Shown here one piece after another: positions 25,480 through 39,343 of a stretch of DNA of 64,000 nt. Both the position numbers and the translations under genes were made by a program. The stretch covers positions 372,001 to 436,000 of the forward strand of contig JBDOQK010000006.1 in the NCBI GenBank assembly GCA_040437565.1, in the 5' to 3' direction. Source of the DNA: Albugo candida. Its lineage: Eukaryota. Within the stretch, counting starts at the first letter, position 1; each line of letters opens with the position of its first letter. A model generated the notes under the pieces. It was not told where the DNA came from. It saw only the letters and a list, made by a program, of their open reading frames with translations, and ran no database searches.

Positions 25480-26354
25480 TCATAATTGATTACTTGCGTC
25501 AAGATCCTCATCACTGGAATCGATCTTGCGAACCTTGGCTGATGGTATAGGTCCCGTCTCTGATTCCATACATGCTACCTCATATGTTCTTTTGACATTT
25601 TTGACTTCTTCCGCTGTTGTCGTATCGAGAAGTGATGCAGGATTCATTATCAATATCTCGTTCATTTTTGCTTTTAAATCCAACCATGTTTTCTTCATCA
25701 TTGCGCGCATTGAATCTCTGCTATTTTGGTTATCTTTGAGCCTCTGACAGATAGTTATCATAGCTTCTCTCGCAGCTTCGGGGTTCTCGAATTCCACAAA
25801 ACCAAAACCTTTAAACTGCCTTGTCGAGTCGAATCGAGGTAAGCTGACCAATGTTACTTTACCAAATTCAGATAGAAGGTGCCTCAAAGTATCGTGATCG
25901 TGATCGCAATGAAATTTATCGATATAGATTGTACGATCTACCAAGCTTTTAATAGTGATATTGAAGACCAAAGCAAATCATGAGAATACACGTACCTAGA
26001 CTCGTATCATCTCTCATGAATGGAGACTCAACAGGACCAATGCGAGTCTTGCCAGGATCAAAGCGAATTTTTGGCGATTTCTCAGCTGCTTCCACAAGCA
26101 TTTTCCTGGTGGCCTGCAGTGCGATCATCCTATCGGCGAGGAGTGAATATTAGAATGCGATATTGCTGTCTTGGCTTTGTCGTGTAGTTTTACTTTCCGA
26201 AGGTTAGAAATACATCTAAGTCAATGAAGCAATTTTGAAGATTATCTGCTTGTTTCTGGAGAAATCTGTCATTGCGCAAGTTACTCTCACTGAGATAAAA
26301 CTCTAATTGTCGCTGTATCTGCTTTGGAACCGACTTTGACTTTTTCACTGACAT
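25480..26354 (-). CDS. La-motif plus RRM protein, LARP7-like; three exons
   Basis: La motif QIQRQLEFYLSESNLRNDRFL..FIDLDVFLTF, in a frame absent from the ORF track. RRM1 DRTIYID..FGKVTLVSLPRFDSTRQFKGFGFVEF is closer to LARP7 than to genuine La. Confidence 0.8.
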
Positions 26355-27759
26355 TTCGTACAGTGATTAAGNNNNNNNNNNNNNNNNNNNNNNNNNNNNN
26401 NNNNNNNNNNNNNNNNNNNNNNNNNNNNNNNNNNNNNNNNNNNNNNNNNNNNNNNNNNNNNNNNNNNNNNNCATTTCGTACAGTGATTAAGAAACCAGCA
26501 AGATAGTGTTGGACCACCTTGATAGTAGGCCTCATCGAGACATCATTTTTGACGGAGCTGCTTGCTTCAAACGCAAATTAACGGATATACAAAAGAATGA
26601 AAGGAGTAAGATCGACTGCTAGACGATCTGCTCGCGTCTTACGATAGCAGAATTGCCATAATGGTCCATGCGAGCGACAAGCGACGTGTAAATAATTAAA
26701 GTATCGTTCATCGCTCAGATAACACTGAGTGAGTTACAAATTGACAGGAACATCGACAAAAGGAAAGCTGGCTTAGAGAACTTTTGCTGAGGCACAAGAG
26801 AACGGCATGCAAGTTTACTTATTGAAAAATAGGTGTCATGCAAGGCAAGATGTACACATTTTGGATAAGCACGACACAGGAGAGAAACATTTTCTTGAAG
26901 TCATTTTTTAACTATCGTCATGTGGTGCTTGGTGGCTCCTACAAGTTCAAAGTGTCCAGCGAGAGAATTTTATAAGATTGAGAGTCTTGATGTGTGGAAG
27001 AATCGTCTGTCTTGTTTATTTGATATTACTTAAACGCTCCATGCTCGCTCCAGCTAATTTGATGGATCAGAACTGACATTTCGCGAACTAGTCAGACTGC
27101 AATCAGATGTACAGCATTTGCAACTCATCATTTATATCATGGCCAAGAGCGCAGATTCCCTCTGTCTAAGACACGTCGTCACAGTGCTGGATATCGACGA
27201 AATTGCAATGTTAGCTGCCTTGTGGCTGACTTAAGCCGACTCCATTCACTTATACAAATTTTGCTACATCTCTCCATTCCGAAAAAATGCAGCATCTCAT
27301 AACGGCAATACATCTCATTGACTTAAGCCATCACGCCTTCCAGATATTTCATTTGAAACAGGTGAGCGTTGGATGATTATAAGAATAAGAATGATGCGCT
27401 TTTTGCAATGAAATCGTCACTGACTTTCCATTCGATCTTCGCCGTTTTGATCTTACCTTAATGTCTGTCTTCGCACTTGGTGCGTCTCAGAAATGCGTCG
27501 TTCATTGCTGCATCCAATCTGAAATGGTTTATAGGGCGTCAGCTATCAGTGGGAGATTACACGTATCATGGCTTGTGTGCCCCGAGTTTGCTGCTATGAA
27601 GACGGTCCAAACTTCATTTTGTCTATAGATGTTGACCAAAAAAAAAATTCTGGCAGAGCAGCTAGTCATTGAGTGGATCAAATATCTGAAGGTCAGCAAG
27701 TTGCTTCAGGTCGCGGGTCTACAATATGAGCGTCACAATACTTCTTTAAAGCTACAATT

Positions 27760-29700
27760 CTCTCTTCGTCGACAACGTCACTTTTGAAAGCCTTCATTTT
27801 CGGAACTGCCGCAAGACTGCAATTTTTTTCTTGTCTGAATAAATTATTGTGGCGTTACCATATTCATCAATTCATAAGCAGTTCTTTCACCACATCCACA
27901 AGCCTATGAGGAGTAGTGTATGATCACAAGCTACTAGATCTTGGTATGGAAAGGTTCCGCCAAAGCTGAAAAACGCGACGCTCACACACGTAGTATTGGC
28001 GAATTCTCGGTCGAGATTTTGCATGTAATGCATCAATTCATCAAATTTGCATTTGCTTCCTTGAGCTCTGTTTCCCTCTTGCTGATTTTCTTTATCACCG
28101 ATGACTCCCGTTATTTTAATTTGCTCTGGAATCTATCGATCTCTTCCATCTACCTCAATTTTCGTAGGAGCTTGTTCTGAAGCACTCAGTGCAGTTCCCA
28201 GATGAGGAATGTTCTGATTTCGAGATGTATAAGCTCCAAGCCATTCAATCTTTACTGAACTTGCTTTCATCGTCACTATTCCAGACTCGATCATGTGGCG
28301 CGTTCTATGCAGCTTCTTCTGAGTCTCGTTGCCTTGAAGTATACTATAGAGATCTTATTTTCAATCGCGAGTTCTTTTATTGCAACGTGTCGCTTACTTG
28401 GTATCTGGCCTTCAATATCGCAAAATGCTCTCGGTTCCGCACTTTACGTCGCTGCACTTGACCGAATTGATCTTGTGATATTTGCTGCATGTGTTGATTT
28501 TGCAGCTTTTTCAATTTAACGCACTGTTTTACTGGTTATCAGTTGTTGCTACAGCTGTTATTACGCTGCTACCACTTGAATACATCTTCTGCTGTTTGCT
28601 ATTCCATACCATCGACCCAAAGTCGCAACCGTCTGAAGGGCCTGACTCAATTTCGGAGCTCTTCGAATTACTTTTAAGTTTTTCAGGCATCATTTCCCAG
28701 TTCTCCATGCCATTATCGCTCCATGTTTGTGATCGAGACGTGCAATGGAAATTGAGATTCAGCTTATGAATTTTCCATGTGAGCTGCCCAAATACACCTA
28801 AGCGTACTTTCACCTGGTCATTTACATAGTGATGTCATGACTAGTGTTGATTGATGAGACCTTCCCGACTCTCAAATCCGGCACCATCTTGTGCACGCAA
28901 AACGAGCTCATTACGAAATCGAAACCGGTTCAGCAATATTATGGGTCTACTTGTGGGGTATGTCGAGTGGCTACAACCCGCTCTTATTCAGAGTGACGCG
29001 CATGGATGGATTGATGAGATCCTCTCTGCCCCTATATACTGTAGAGCGAACCATTTGGAGCCCTTTATTCTCCAATGTAATCATGTTCCTCTCACTTTGA
29101 CATCAAGATATGCGCCTCCCGCTCGAGTCATTGAGTTACTCTTCTTTCAAGTTGATGTTGAAGCTGATGGCAACGTACGCATCGAATTTGACGAGTGTGA
29201 TGATGGTATTGATTTCACGCTTTTAGCTTCCCCACCTATTGTATATCGTGCTATGTCACACTTGTAAAAACCTCGAAAGAATCAGCCGAACAGTGTCAGC
29301 CGATTTCGTCCACTGGTATTCAGATTTTTCAAGGGCTGAATTCAACTGATAAACTGTAATGTTTGCGTCCTGTAACAGCATATAGTGGCATTCATAAATG
29401 GTGAACGAGTTGCTCCCCGTCGCCAGTGCTTCTATCCTCAAAATGTGTATCACTTTCGGTGAGTAAATCACGTGCTTTCTGTTCCATTATGATTGTGCTG
29501 CCTTCATCAAATCAATGAACGTCGGCTCCATTTCGGCCTCATCGCGGTCATCTGTCCTATTGCTTGATACTTTCACCAACTCGGCACAGCATCGGGAAAA
29601 TTCTTTATCACCATATTGTTGTGCAAATGCGTCATACTGAGGAATTTTAGAACCGATCGATGATGAGAAGAGGGTGATTCTTCACCACTCAATTCCGACA
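27760..29700 (-). pseudogene. Probable decayed coiled-coil protein gene
   Basis: Protein-like translation broken by in-frame stops and frameshifts, e.g. MEEIDRFQSKLK*RESSVIKKISKRETELKEANANLMN* and RFLQV*HSTIYNRW..STST*KKSNS. GTAAG/GTGAG donor sites remain. Confidence 0.4.
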
Positions 29701-30094
29701 ATGATATATTGGTCTGATCATAATTGCTCGTGAATCGTTTTCAGAGTTGATCAGGAATGATACGGTAAAAAGTATAACCCCTTGTCACGAAAAATGAAAG
29801 ATGATTTCTTAAGCTGTAGCATTCCTTTTTGCATTCATGCACCCATGATGGCTTTACCGTCATGAAAGTAGCGATATACCGATTATAAAAATAGTATTTT
29901 GTCGCCGGGTGTACGCCTATAGCAGATATTCGAATCTGGATTTGCTGCCCTTCTNNNNNNNNNNNNNNNNNNNNNNNNNNNNNNNNNNNNNNNNNNNNNN
30001 NNNNNNNNNNNNNNNNNNNNNNNNNNNNNNNNNNNNNNNNNNNNNNNNNNNNNNCCTATAGCAGATATTCGAATCTGGATTTGCTGCCCTTCTT

Positions 30095-31275
30095 ATGGCC
30101 ACGACTATTCCACCTCATACATCTAATCCTTACTCTGTGTTGGGCTTGAAACCGGGCGCTTCCAAGGCGGCGATCAAATCAGCGTACCATCATCTGGCAC
30201 GGAAATGGCACCCTGACAAGGTAGAACTTTTCACGTCTTTGTTGGTGGACGAAGAGGCAATGCTGAAAATGTCACGCAGAACCCGGGCAACAGTGATGCA
30301 GAGAAAATGTTCCTTCAAATACAGAGCGCGTACGAAATTCTGACGGCACAATCTTTGGCACATAATGGTGGCTCGAATAGCGAGCGATATACTGGCGCAG
30401 AACATAGACAAAAGGTAAATATGGTTCGTTTATTTGTGTTCTTGATGATAGTATCTTGATATGGTTAGCAATATGAGGGGCATTACCAACGCTATAGGCA
30501 AGATTATCATCAAAATCGAGCCAGACGGACGTATCAAGTGTCGATCTCATTGAATGAAATGATCTTGTTTGCATTGATTGTGTGGCTTTTGATCAAGTTC
30601 ATTGCGAGGCGATCGGAATCATATAAAGACTGTGATAGCAATGCTCATTGTGCTAGTCCGGAAAAGCACGACACCAAAGCAGATGCCGCGGAACCCTCTG
30701 GTTCTCTGACTCCTCGAGAAAGCTCACTGGCTCAACTTGCTAAAACAATCAGCCCATCTGTTTATGAGCTCAAAAAGGAGTACCTCTTGGCCCGAGGGCG
30801 AAGAATCGTGATATTTTTCGCACGGGAGTCATCAGAACGATGGAACTGTGACACGTTAGGTAGGCTTACAGCTTTTCTGCGGTGAAAATACTCAGAAGAA
30901 TTCATGTGCTGTATCTACAGAGCAGTACAGGCGTATGAATCTTGTTGCAAAAGAGTTCCAGCGAGATCCGATTACATTTTGCTGGATGGATATCGCACTA
31001 GCTGATGCCAAAACACGTGACTTTTGGAAAGACCAATTTGAGCAATTTTGTGATTCAATTGCAACACCACGTAAGCGACCTGAACGTGATCGCATATCAA
31101 GTTACTGATGAAGCGCACACTTACAGCACTAGCCATCTCTTGTAATCACCGGGCTAGAAAGCTGTCAAGATTTACTGGGAAAGATAGCAGCGTGGAGCAG
31201 GTTCGGCGATGGGTACTGGGCCTTCTTGAAGGGAGAATACCTCAAGTAGCTTCAATCGGAAATTTATTCGAATGA
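30095..31275 (+). CDS. DnaJ (J-domain) protein with a TM segment and a C-terminal thioredoxin-like region, multi-exon
   Basis: NPYSVLGLKPGASKAAIKSAYHHLARKWHPDK|NPGNSDAEKMFLQIQSAYEIL, hydrophobic ILFALIVWLLIKFI, and C-terminal PITFCWMD...VRRWVLGLLEG. Confidence 0.8.
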
Positions 31276-32766
31276 TTGCGCATACAGACGCGTCTGTCTA
31301 CGCCGCACTCACATACACTCTGAAACATACAGCTTGCAGTCGCTCCAATTGATCTGCATCATTCTGCGTTGTACTAAGCTACATGATTGCATGGGAGATG
31401 CAATAATTGCGTAAAGGAACTGCGGAATTTTGAATACAAGCGATACATATGCGGCAAGAACCTATTTGCACCGAGTAACTTCAACATCTCACCGAATGAT
31501 TCATGTATGTCAACTTCGCGATAGCCTTATCTGATCAACAGCACGCCTGCTGAATTTTACAAAGCTTGGCAACCTGTTTTTGTGAAGGATGAAATGACTC
31601 ACCTTGCATGCATTTGCTGAAATGGATGCTTCGATATGGGTACGCTGCATAATCATACATTAAGAATCGTTGGTAAACGTACAGGAGGGATATATGGCGC
31701 TCTGTGAAGCCCCTTACTGTGTTTCACGATTCATCTGCGAACGCTAATATCTTTCCAACCATTGTCTCCTCGGAATATTTAGACGAGTGGTAGAATGCCA
31801 ACAATAGAGTTACTCCAGTCCAGCAATCATGTCGATAATGACAAGCAGTGCTGCTGATTTGGGATGCATTTCGGTTCATCATACACGAGTGTACAACCGC
31901 AACGCATAATTGATAAGATCTACCTCCCTCTAGGCGATGCCGCAGTGGGGAACAACGTAAAAGAATTCGGTCAGCAATCATTCGTGCACAGCTTGGGCTA
32001 CACAAAAAATAGCAATTTTGATTAGATCAGTCATCTGCGGATGCATGAGGCTTTNNNNNNNNNNNNNNNNNNNNNNNNNNNNNNNNNNNNNNNNNNNNNN
32101 NNNNNNNNNNNNNNNNNNNNNNNNNNNNNNNNNNNNNNNNNNNNNNNNNNNNNNATTGTCTCCTCGGAATATTTAGACGAGTGGTAGAATGCCAACAATA
32201 GAGTTACTCCAGTCCAGCAATCATGTCGATAATGACAAGCAGTGCTGCTGATTTGGGATGCATTTCGGTTCATCATACACGAGTGTACAACCGCAACGCA
32301 TAATTGATAAGATCTACCTCCCTCTAGGCGATGCCGCAGTGGGGAACAACGTAAAAGAATTCGGTCAGCAATCATTCGTGCACAGCTTGGGCTACACAAA
32401 AAATAGCAATTTTGATTAGATCAGTCATCTGCGGATGCATGAGGCTTTCATAGAATGAGTTGACAAAGTATACTACTAAAACGGGCTCACTAGCTGTCTA
32501 CTAAAACCCATGCAAAAATATCAAGTAGATGATGGGGTGGTTTTCGTGTTAAAAAGTTTGTTTGCGTTTACGGTAGCGTTCGTACAAACGGTGGAGCTGA
32601 GTTTGAACCTTGACTGAATATGTCACATACGTAAATTCTGAATTATGCTCTGCCATAAGTATGTAGNNNNNNNNNNNNNNNNNNNNNNNNNNNNNNNNNN
32701 NNNNNNNNNNNNNNNNNNNNNNNNNNNNNNNNNNNNNNNNNNNNNNNNNNNNNNNNNNNNNNNNNN

Positions 32767-33315
32767 ATATTCTTTTCTTCGAAGTACTGAGCCAGTTGCT
32801 CAAAGTACAGATCCACAGACTCGCCCATTTTACCATGGAATTGAGGTAAGCTGATCCCTTCAACTTTTATTTCACGCTTGGTCATAGCTTCAAGCAATTC
32901 CTGTTGTTTTTCGACTAATTGGATCAATGTTTTCGTGATGGCGTCGGGGGACCATCCTTGGAGGTTCAATGCCGCCATGATAACCAAGAAAAAACAAAAA
33001 AAAGTCCAACCAATTAGAGCCGGAACAAACGACAAACACTCGGCGAGCGGCTTTCCCAATGTCGTGACGCTAAATAGCGCGTAAAAACTCCTTCCGGACG
33101 ACTAGAGTTATGTGACCAACAAGTGCTACCAGTTGTAACGTCGGCAGGAGGAAGGGAGAGGAAGCAAGGGAAGATATTTGCTGGCGGAGCTCTATTTGAT
33201 AAAAAATGGAATGTCAGATTTTTGATCAAAGAATCCTGGTTCACCTATCTGATTGGCTAATCCAGTTCTTCAACTATGTGAAATTATGTATGCATGTACA
33301 GTGGAGGTTGTTACA
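32767..33315 (-). mobile_element. 5' end of an LTR retrotransposon, probably Ty3/gypsy: LTR, PBS and start of gag, truncated by a gap
   Basis: LTR 33315-33134 with TGTAAC...GTTACA termini. PBS TGGTAGCA at 33131-33124. gag-like MAALNLQGWSPDAI..LPQFHGKMGESVDLYFEQLAQYFEEKN. Confidence 0.75.
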
Positions 33316-34440
33316 CTCTTCTTCTATCACATTTTGGTTGATGTCAAGCTGAAAATTCTGCTTAAGATAAACCTCTTTGATTCATTATCATGATTTGCAA
33401 TTCAATGAATACTTTCACAATAGTGCTATCTATGTCGGTAGTGTAAATCTATCATACGGATAACGTATGGAACTACTTCNNNNNNNNNNNNNNNNNNNNN
33501 NNNNNNNNNNNNNNNNNNNNNNNNNNNNNNNNNNNNNNNNNNNNNNNNNNNNNNNNNNNNNNNNNNNNNNNNNNNNNNNGTATTTATTGCCCCTAGCTCT
33601 CTTGTTTTACATCAAGTTGATCGTCATACTGCGTATGGCTCTCTATGTCCAAACTGGCGTGATGTTTCAGCTTCCAATTATCCTGCTCTAGGCCACAATG
33701 AGAAAATTGCAAGCTGATATCAATTTGTATTTTCACTCTGTCAATTCAGCTAATTACGTCAAAACTAATAGAAGAAATACTCTACGACGCCTCAAGTCAT
33801 CCTGTTATCTGCACTACCGCATCCGATGTGCTGGGCATTGACGTGAAATGTGACTAAGAAAATTTGTGGAATCTCAAATTGAGTAAATCTTAGTCACAAT
33901 CATTTGAAACGCAAGCCCATTCTCACTGCAAACATTCTGCTTGTAGTTTAACAACCTGCCGGCGTTACTGTAGTATGGTAGACAGAATGTCATTTCCATA
34001 TTTGATATATCCAGCATAGAGTGTGCTTGTCACCCTCTCTGCCCAGATATAGAAAATCGCTAAATCCCGTGTCAATTTTCGACGCAATTTTTTAGGACCC
34101 TTCCTGAGTATATTAGTGTCGGCAAAGACGAAAATAAATTCTAACACATGAACGCGTACATTGATGAATAATTAGCGACAATTGTGTTATTCGTATAATT
34201 ACTTGTGTGTTGATGGTGTGCATCCTTTTCAATTGTTGATTTCTGCAAGTCCATCTCTGGTCATCGTCAAAGGAAGGGTCCAAGAAATAATTTTTGCTGT
34301 TCTCTTTCCTTTTTTTTTATCCACATAAGCTTCTGCGATCCAAGCCAGCATTTCAACTTTTGAGTACAAATCAATGTTGCATCAATCTGACTACCACAGA
34401 AAAAAAATCTTTCTCGCCCCCTGGGCCATCTATCTGAATC

Positions 34441-37400
34441 TCAAATTTGTACCGTGTAAAGAAAATCATTCCTTGGATCACTTGCAATCTTTTCCAGGAG
34501 CTCGTCCAACGATGCTTCAGCGGCACAATTGCGTGTATTGTGAAAAAACACGGAAGCATATGCTGCACTTGACTGACCACTTTCATCTGCTTTAGTATCA
34601 ATACACCAATTCGTGAGCGTGTTTGCGATATCCATCTGCTGTCTTTCGATTAGATTGCTAAGCGAAGCCCAAAGACGGCACAGAATTGCATTCGATTCAT
34701 GAGATCGACCACGAACGCGTATATGATTCAGTATTTTCCTGAAGCCATATAGACCAAGCAGACGAAGCTCGTGCACCAGTCTGGTAGAAGTATGATGATT
34801 TTGAGTCCCTTTGCTCTCATCCTTTCCGATATAGCTTGCCAGATTCTTGCTGCAATAGGAAAGGATGCCTCGAACATTAGAGCAAAGAAAATCCGCAGTG
34901 TGGCAAACGTAACGAAGCTTCTTTACGAGTACCACAAAACGAATGGCAGCCATACTGAACAATTGAAACGCATTGATCTGAGCAGCAGGCTGCGTTGAGT
35001 TTTCCGATATACAAGTAGAAAGCCTCTTACATGTATGGTTTCCCTTTTTAGAACGAATGAGTCATAAAAGATCGGATGACAGCGCTGTTTGATTGATGCC
35101 AGTACTTTTTCAGCAAAGAAAAATCGCACTGGCTTTGCTTCATTAACAGAGAGCGTGTTTCTCATCATCTCACGGATGCTGCACCTGTTGAAAGAAGAGA
35201 ATTAGAATTTCTGCGCCAAGATAAGCGATAGATATACATACTTCTCGTAGTTCACAAACACTTGACCATTTTCTATGTCGAGAAGGAGACCACACCACGA
35301 AAACAGATTACAGCAGCCAGGTATCGATGAGACGTCATCTTGATGGAAGTTGACTTGAGTTTTGCTTTTGTTAACGGAACAAGCATAATCGTCGTTAGTT
35401 TGAAGCATGGTGGTGAGGAAGGCTTGTGCTTGACAAAGGTTTTCTGTCATGTATAAAAAATCGTCTGTGTATCGGAGCAACAACTCAAAACCAGGTGAAG
35501 CTGCCTTGAGAACTTTTCTAAGCACCTGCCGTTCGAAATGAGCAAAATATAGGTTGCAAAGCGTTGTAGACAACACTGATCCTTGAGGAATCCCGCAGTT
35601 TTGTATATAAGTCGGATTGAACCAGTTTCTGCGGGTCAACTGAATGCGATTTTGTGTCAAGTGCTCTTTCAGAAGTTCAAGTATGTGCTTTCTCGTGAGG
35701 TAATCGTACACCACACCATCGACCAAAACAGACTCACACCCTCTGCGTTTATACTGCGCTCCTGACAAAGCGTTTGTCGTGATAAAATCTTGAAAGGAAG
35801 TCAACGCACCAGAGTGTGATGCATATTGCTCTTGTCCGAACACGATCTTGATTTTGTCGCCAGTTGCCTGATTTTCAGCGCTGCTTATGTCTGCAATTCG
35901 ATAAACATAATGTTTTCGAATCAAATATTCGTTTTCTTGGAGTATTCTCTTGATAATTCGAAGCAATTTGTCTGGACGTATGGTATCGAAGCAGCGTTCG
36001 ATATCAAGGTTGATGCAATATAAAGGAGCTGATTGAGAATTGGAGCTGAAGCGCGTGAAAAATGGCCGTAATTTTTGCTGCACTTCAGTCAAGTTGCGAA
36101 CTGTCGATCCAAGAACCCTTGGTCGACGCTGAATCTCATATAATAGTACGCGGTGGATGGAAGCGAGGCACTTATTGACTGAGCGATTGTGTTTCTTGGC
36201 GCATGGATGAGTCGATTGACTTGTGCCTTTAAGCGAGGACAAATTCATCAACGGACGTAATCCTCCTCCATCTGCTTTTGGTAGAAAACGAAGACGGGAA
36301 ATCGGAAGACTGTACGATATGCCGTGAAGAATTGCGGTGCTGCCCGAGACGGAGAGAACTCTTTCTTGACGTAGAAGACTCCCGAAAGCATCATGAAGAG
36401 CTAAACTACTGAAAAGAATCGAAGAAGTGAGGTTTCTTTAAAGTGTGGTCGTTTACCTGATTGTGTTCCAAACTGGTTTTTGAAAATAAAAAAGCTCGTA
36501 TCCATTTCCTTCAAATTCTGTGATGTAAAACCATTTACGAAGAAGAGGAAAGATGATTGACTGAACCATCCAGAACAGAAGATCTGCCATCAATGTCTTT
36601 CTTTTTTCAAGCTCGTTTGGTGGGCTACATGTGAGAATCTGAGTTCTTTCTATACAGACCGGAACTCAAGTTATTATCAAGTGCACCATGTTGTTGTTGA
36701 TTGGATGTTCATCCAAGTGATCGCTTTGATTCGGAAAAGGTTCGCCCACTATAACAACGTAAGATGAGTGTTAGATTGACAGCATATGCTGGGTGCTACC
36801 TTTCTCGCACAGAAGGAATCATTCTTCGTCGATGACTTGAGCAAAACTCGGAGGAACCGCCGTAAAACACGCCAGTTATGAGATCCTGTATCACCGATTC
36901 CGAAGAACGAAGAAGGTAAAAGAAGTGCTAGCCAGTCTCGGATCCATCGATATACGTGTTGTTTACTAGTAGCGTATCGTAGCAATTGTGTGATCATAGA
37001 AGCATGTTGTTGCAGAGGCATCGGTTGCCCTGAGCAGGATGTGGTGGCTTCTTCACGAAGACTCCCAGTTCGACAATCACCCGGGTCTGTAGCATCAGAA
37101 TGCGCATTTTGACGCTTTCTCTCCTTCGTGGTTTTTGTCGAAACATTGATTGCATCCAGTGCCTCCTCATACCTCCTTTTCTTTCGGGCATTACTTGTCG
37201 TATTGATTTCTTCTTGACTCCAGTACTCGTCCTCCATTTGTGCTATTTTTGATGTGCTACGTGCTGGATTCGAGATCATTTCAGCTCCATAATTGGCTAT
37301 TCGCAGTCGCGTTCTGTTATGAGCACGCATGCAGTATCGAAGAAACGAACGAGGAGGCTTCAGAGTCATGCTTCTTTTTTGAAAAGTAGTCTGCTTTGAT

Positions 37401-38888
37401 AATTGGTCGAGTCTATTACATTCGCTGATTGCTTGAAGCATTTCTTCGATGAGCGGTATCACTTGAATCAGACGCTTTGGTAATCGCCGTGGCAATCGTT
37501 TTGCGCTGTCGATTCTTCGCCCAACTTTTATGGAACGGGATGTCGCAGGATTCGTAACCAATTTCTCTGACGAGAAAATCATTCGTACGATACGGGAAGC
37601 AGCTGCATGAGTTAGCTTTTTGGCATTCGCTTTTCGGCAATTTCGAAGCTCCTTAAAAAAAATGTGAGAAGAAGGAAAAAGTGATTTTTTCTCCACTTGA
37701 TCTACGTCACGTGCGTATAGTACACTATTGATTCTCATGATTCTTTGAAACATTTCAGAATTAGTTTTTTTTGATCGGATCTCTCGCTCCAAATGAATAA
37801 GTGTTNNNNNNNNNNNNNNNNNNNNNNNNNNNNNNNNNNNNNNNNNNNNNNNNNNNNNNNNNNNNNNNNNNNNNNNNNNNNNNNNNNNNNNNNNNNNNNN
37901 NNNNNGCGGTATCACTTGAATCAGACGCTTTGGTAATCGCCGTGGCAATCGTTTTGCGCTGTCGATTCTTCGCCCAACTTTTATGGAACGGGATGTCGCA
38001 GGATTCGTAACCAATTTCTCTGACGAGAAAATCATTCGTACGATACGGGAAGCAGCTGCATGAGTTAGCTTTTTGGCATTCGCTTTTCGGCAATTTCGAA
38101 GCTCCTTAAAAAAAATGTGAGAAGAAGGAAAAAGTGATTTTTTCTCCACTTGATCTACGTCACGTGCGTATAGTACACTATTGATTCTCATGATTCTTTG
38201 AAACATTTCAGAATTAGTTTTTTTTGATCGGATCTCTCGCTCCAAATGAATAAGTGTTCCAAGTTTTGGACCTGCGATCTGATTGACATTATAGAAAGCC
38301 TTTGGACCAATGCTGCTCAAACTTACCTGCAAGTATGTTGTGGGTCGGATATCCGCTCTCAGCACAAAAATCGCGTGATGTGATAATAGAAATATCATAC
38401 AATCATCGCCGACAATTTGATGATACATTTCCCATATTGTTTCCTTGTATGCGCTCACCAGAGAGTTTGGGTAAAAGCACATAATCGAGTTCGAGTCACG
38501 AATGCGATATCCATCCAAGTCGGGTCTTCCTTCTTCATACCCAAGAGTTAATATGTTCCGTGTGTCGTATTCCGGCAATGAAGGTAACCATTGATTTTTC
38601 CTCTGCTTGAGCAAAAGACGCTGCATGATACAAAATGAATCAACTTTATACAGCAAAATTGCTAGAGTCACATCTGACCTCAATCACTAGATGTAGAAGC
38701 TCTGTTTGTGTCAAACAGCATTCGAATGACACCAAAGGTTTGCAGGGTGGCTGCAATTGACCAGGAATCGGGACAACAATTGTAGATTGAAGCAAATGAG
38801 AGAATTCAGGCGATATATCTTGGTCAAGTTTAGTTGAAAAGTTTTCCATACATACTTGCCCCATAAAAATGCTAGTAGATACCGTCAT
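34441..38888 (-). CDS. TERT: Telomerase reverse transcriptase, multi-exon; internal segment duplicated across the gap
   Basis: TEN/GQ NILTLGY..IVGDDCMIFLL; QFP-like VYRWIR..LLPSSFFG..HN; T motif FYITE..LFYFQKPVW; motifs 1/2 RLRFLPK..GLRPLMN; A LDIERCFDTI; B' GIPQGSVLS; C LRYTDDFL; E WCGLLL; then CTE exons. Confidence 0.95.
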
Positions 38889-39343
38889 TAGTTCTCATTA
38901 CATTCGGAATTCGAGTCTAATATTTGCCTCTGCGTGAATGTATAGAGCGTTTGACTATTTTGGAATAAACGAGAGAATGCAGGAGATGTTTGAGAATTCG
39001 ACATTGTAGCGCAAGTCTACTTGCGATGCGAATGAAGCAAAGTGTCGAATGCTAGCCGTACTAAGGGATATGATTGGACAAGAGATGCATACAACTACGG
39101 TGGCGATCGAGCACGCCGACCTTTTTGTGCACATTAATGAATAACAGATACTATGATGGTATATGTAAAATTATGTGTTGAAAGCTAGCTGTCTATCAGC
39201 ACTTCTCTGATATCTTACGACTGTTTGATGACATTGCTACGACGATGGAGTGATTCCCATTTTCTGGCTGGTAATTGATTTAAAGTATGGCGGGATATTA
39301 AGTGTGAGGATATAATTGGTTGCAATTTTATTAGGACTTTAGA

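Noticed and set aside
32470-32512. CTAAAACCC near TERT as a telomerase RNA template
   Set aside because: Barely one repeat unit, no alignment region, and no supporting promoter or structure seen by eye. No TTTAGGG-type template was found in the window.
35202-36251. RT domain as a retroelement or novel RT system
   Set aside because: The T motif, TEN/GQ region, QFP region, CTE and spliceosomal introns identify it as TERT.
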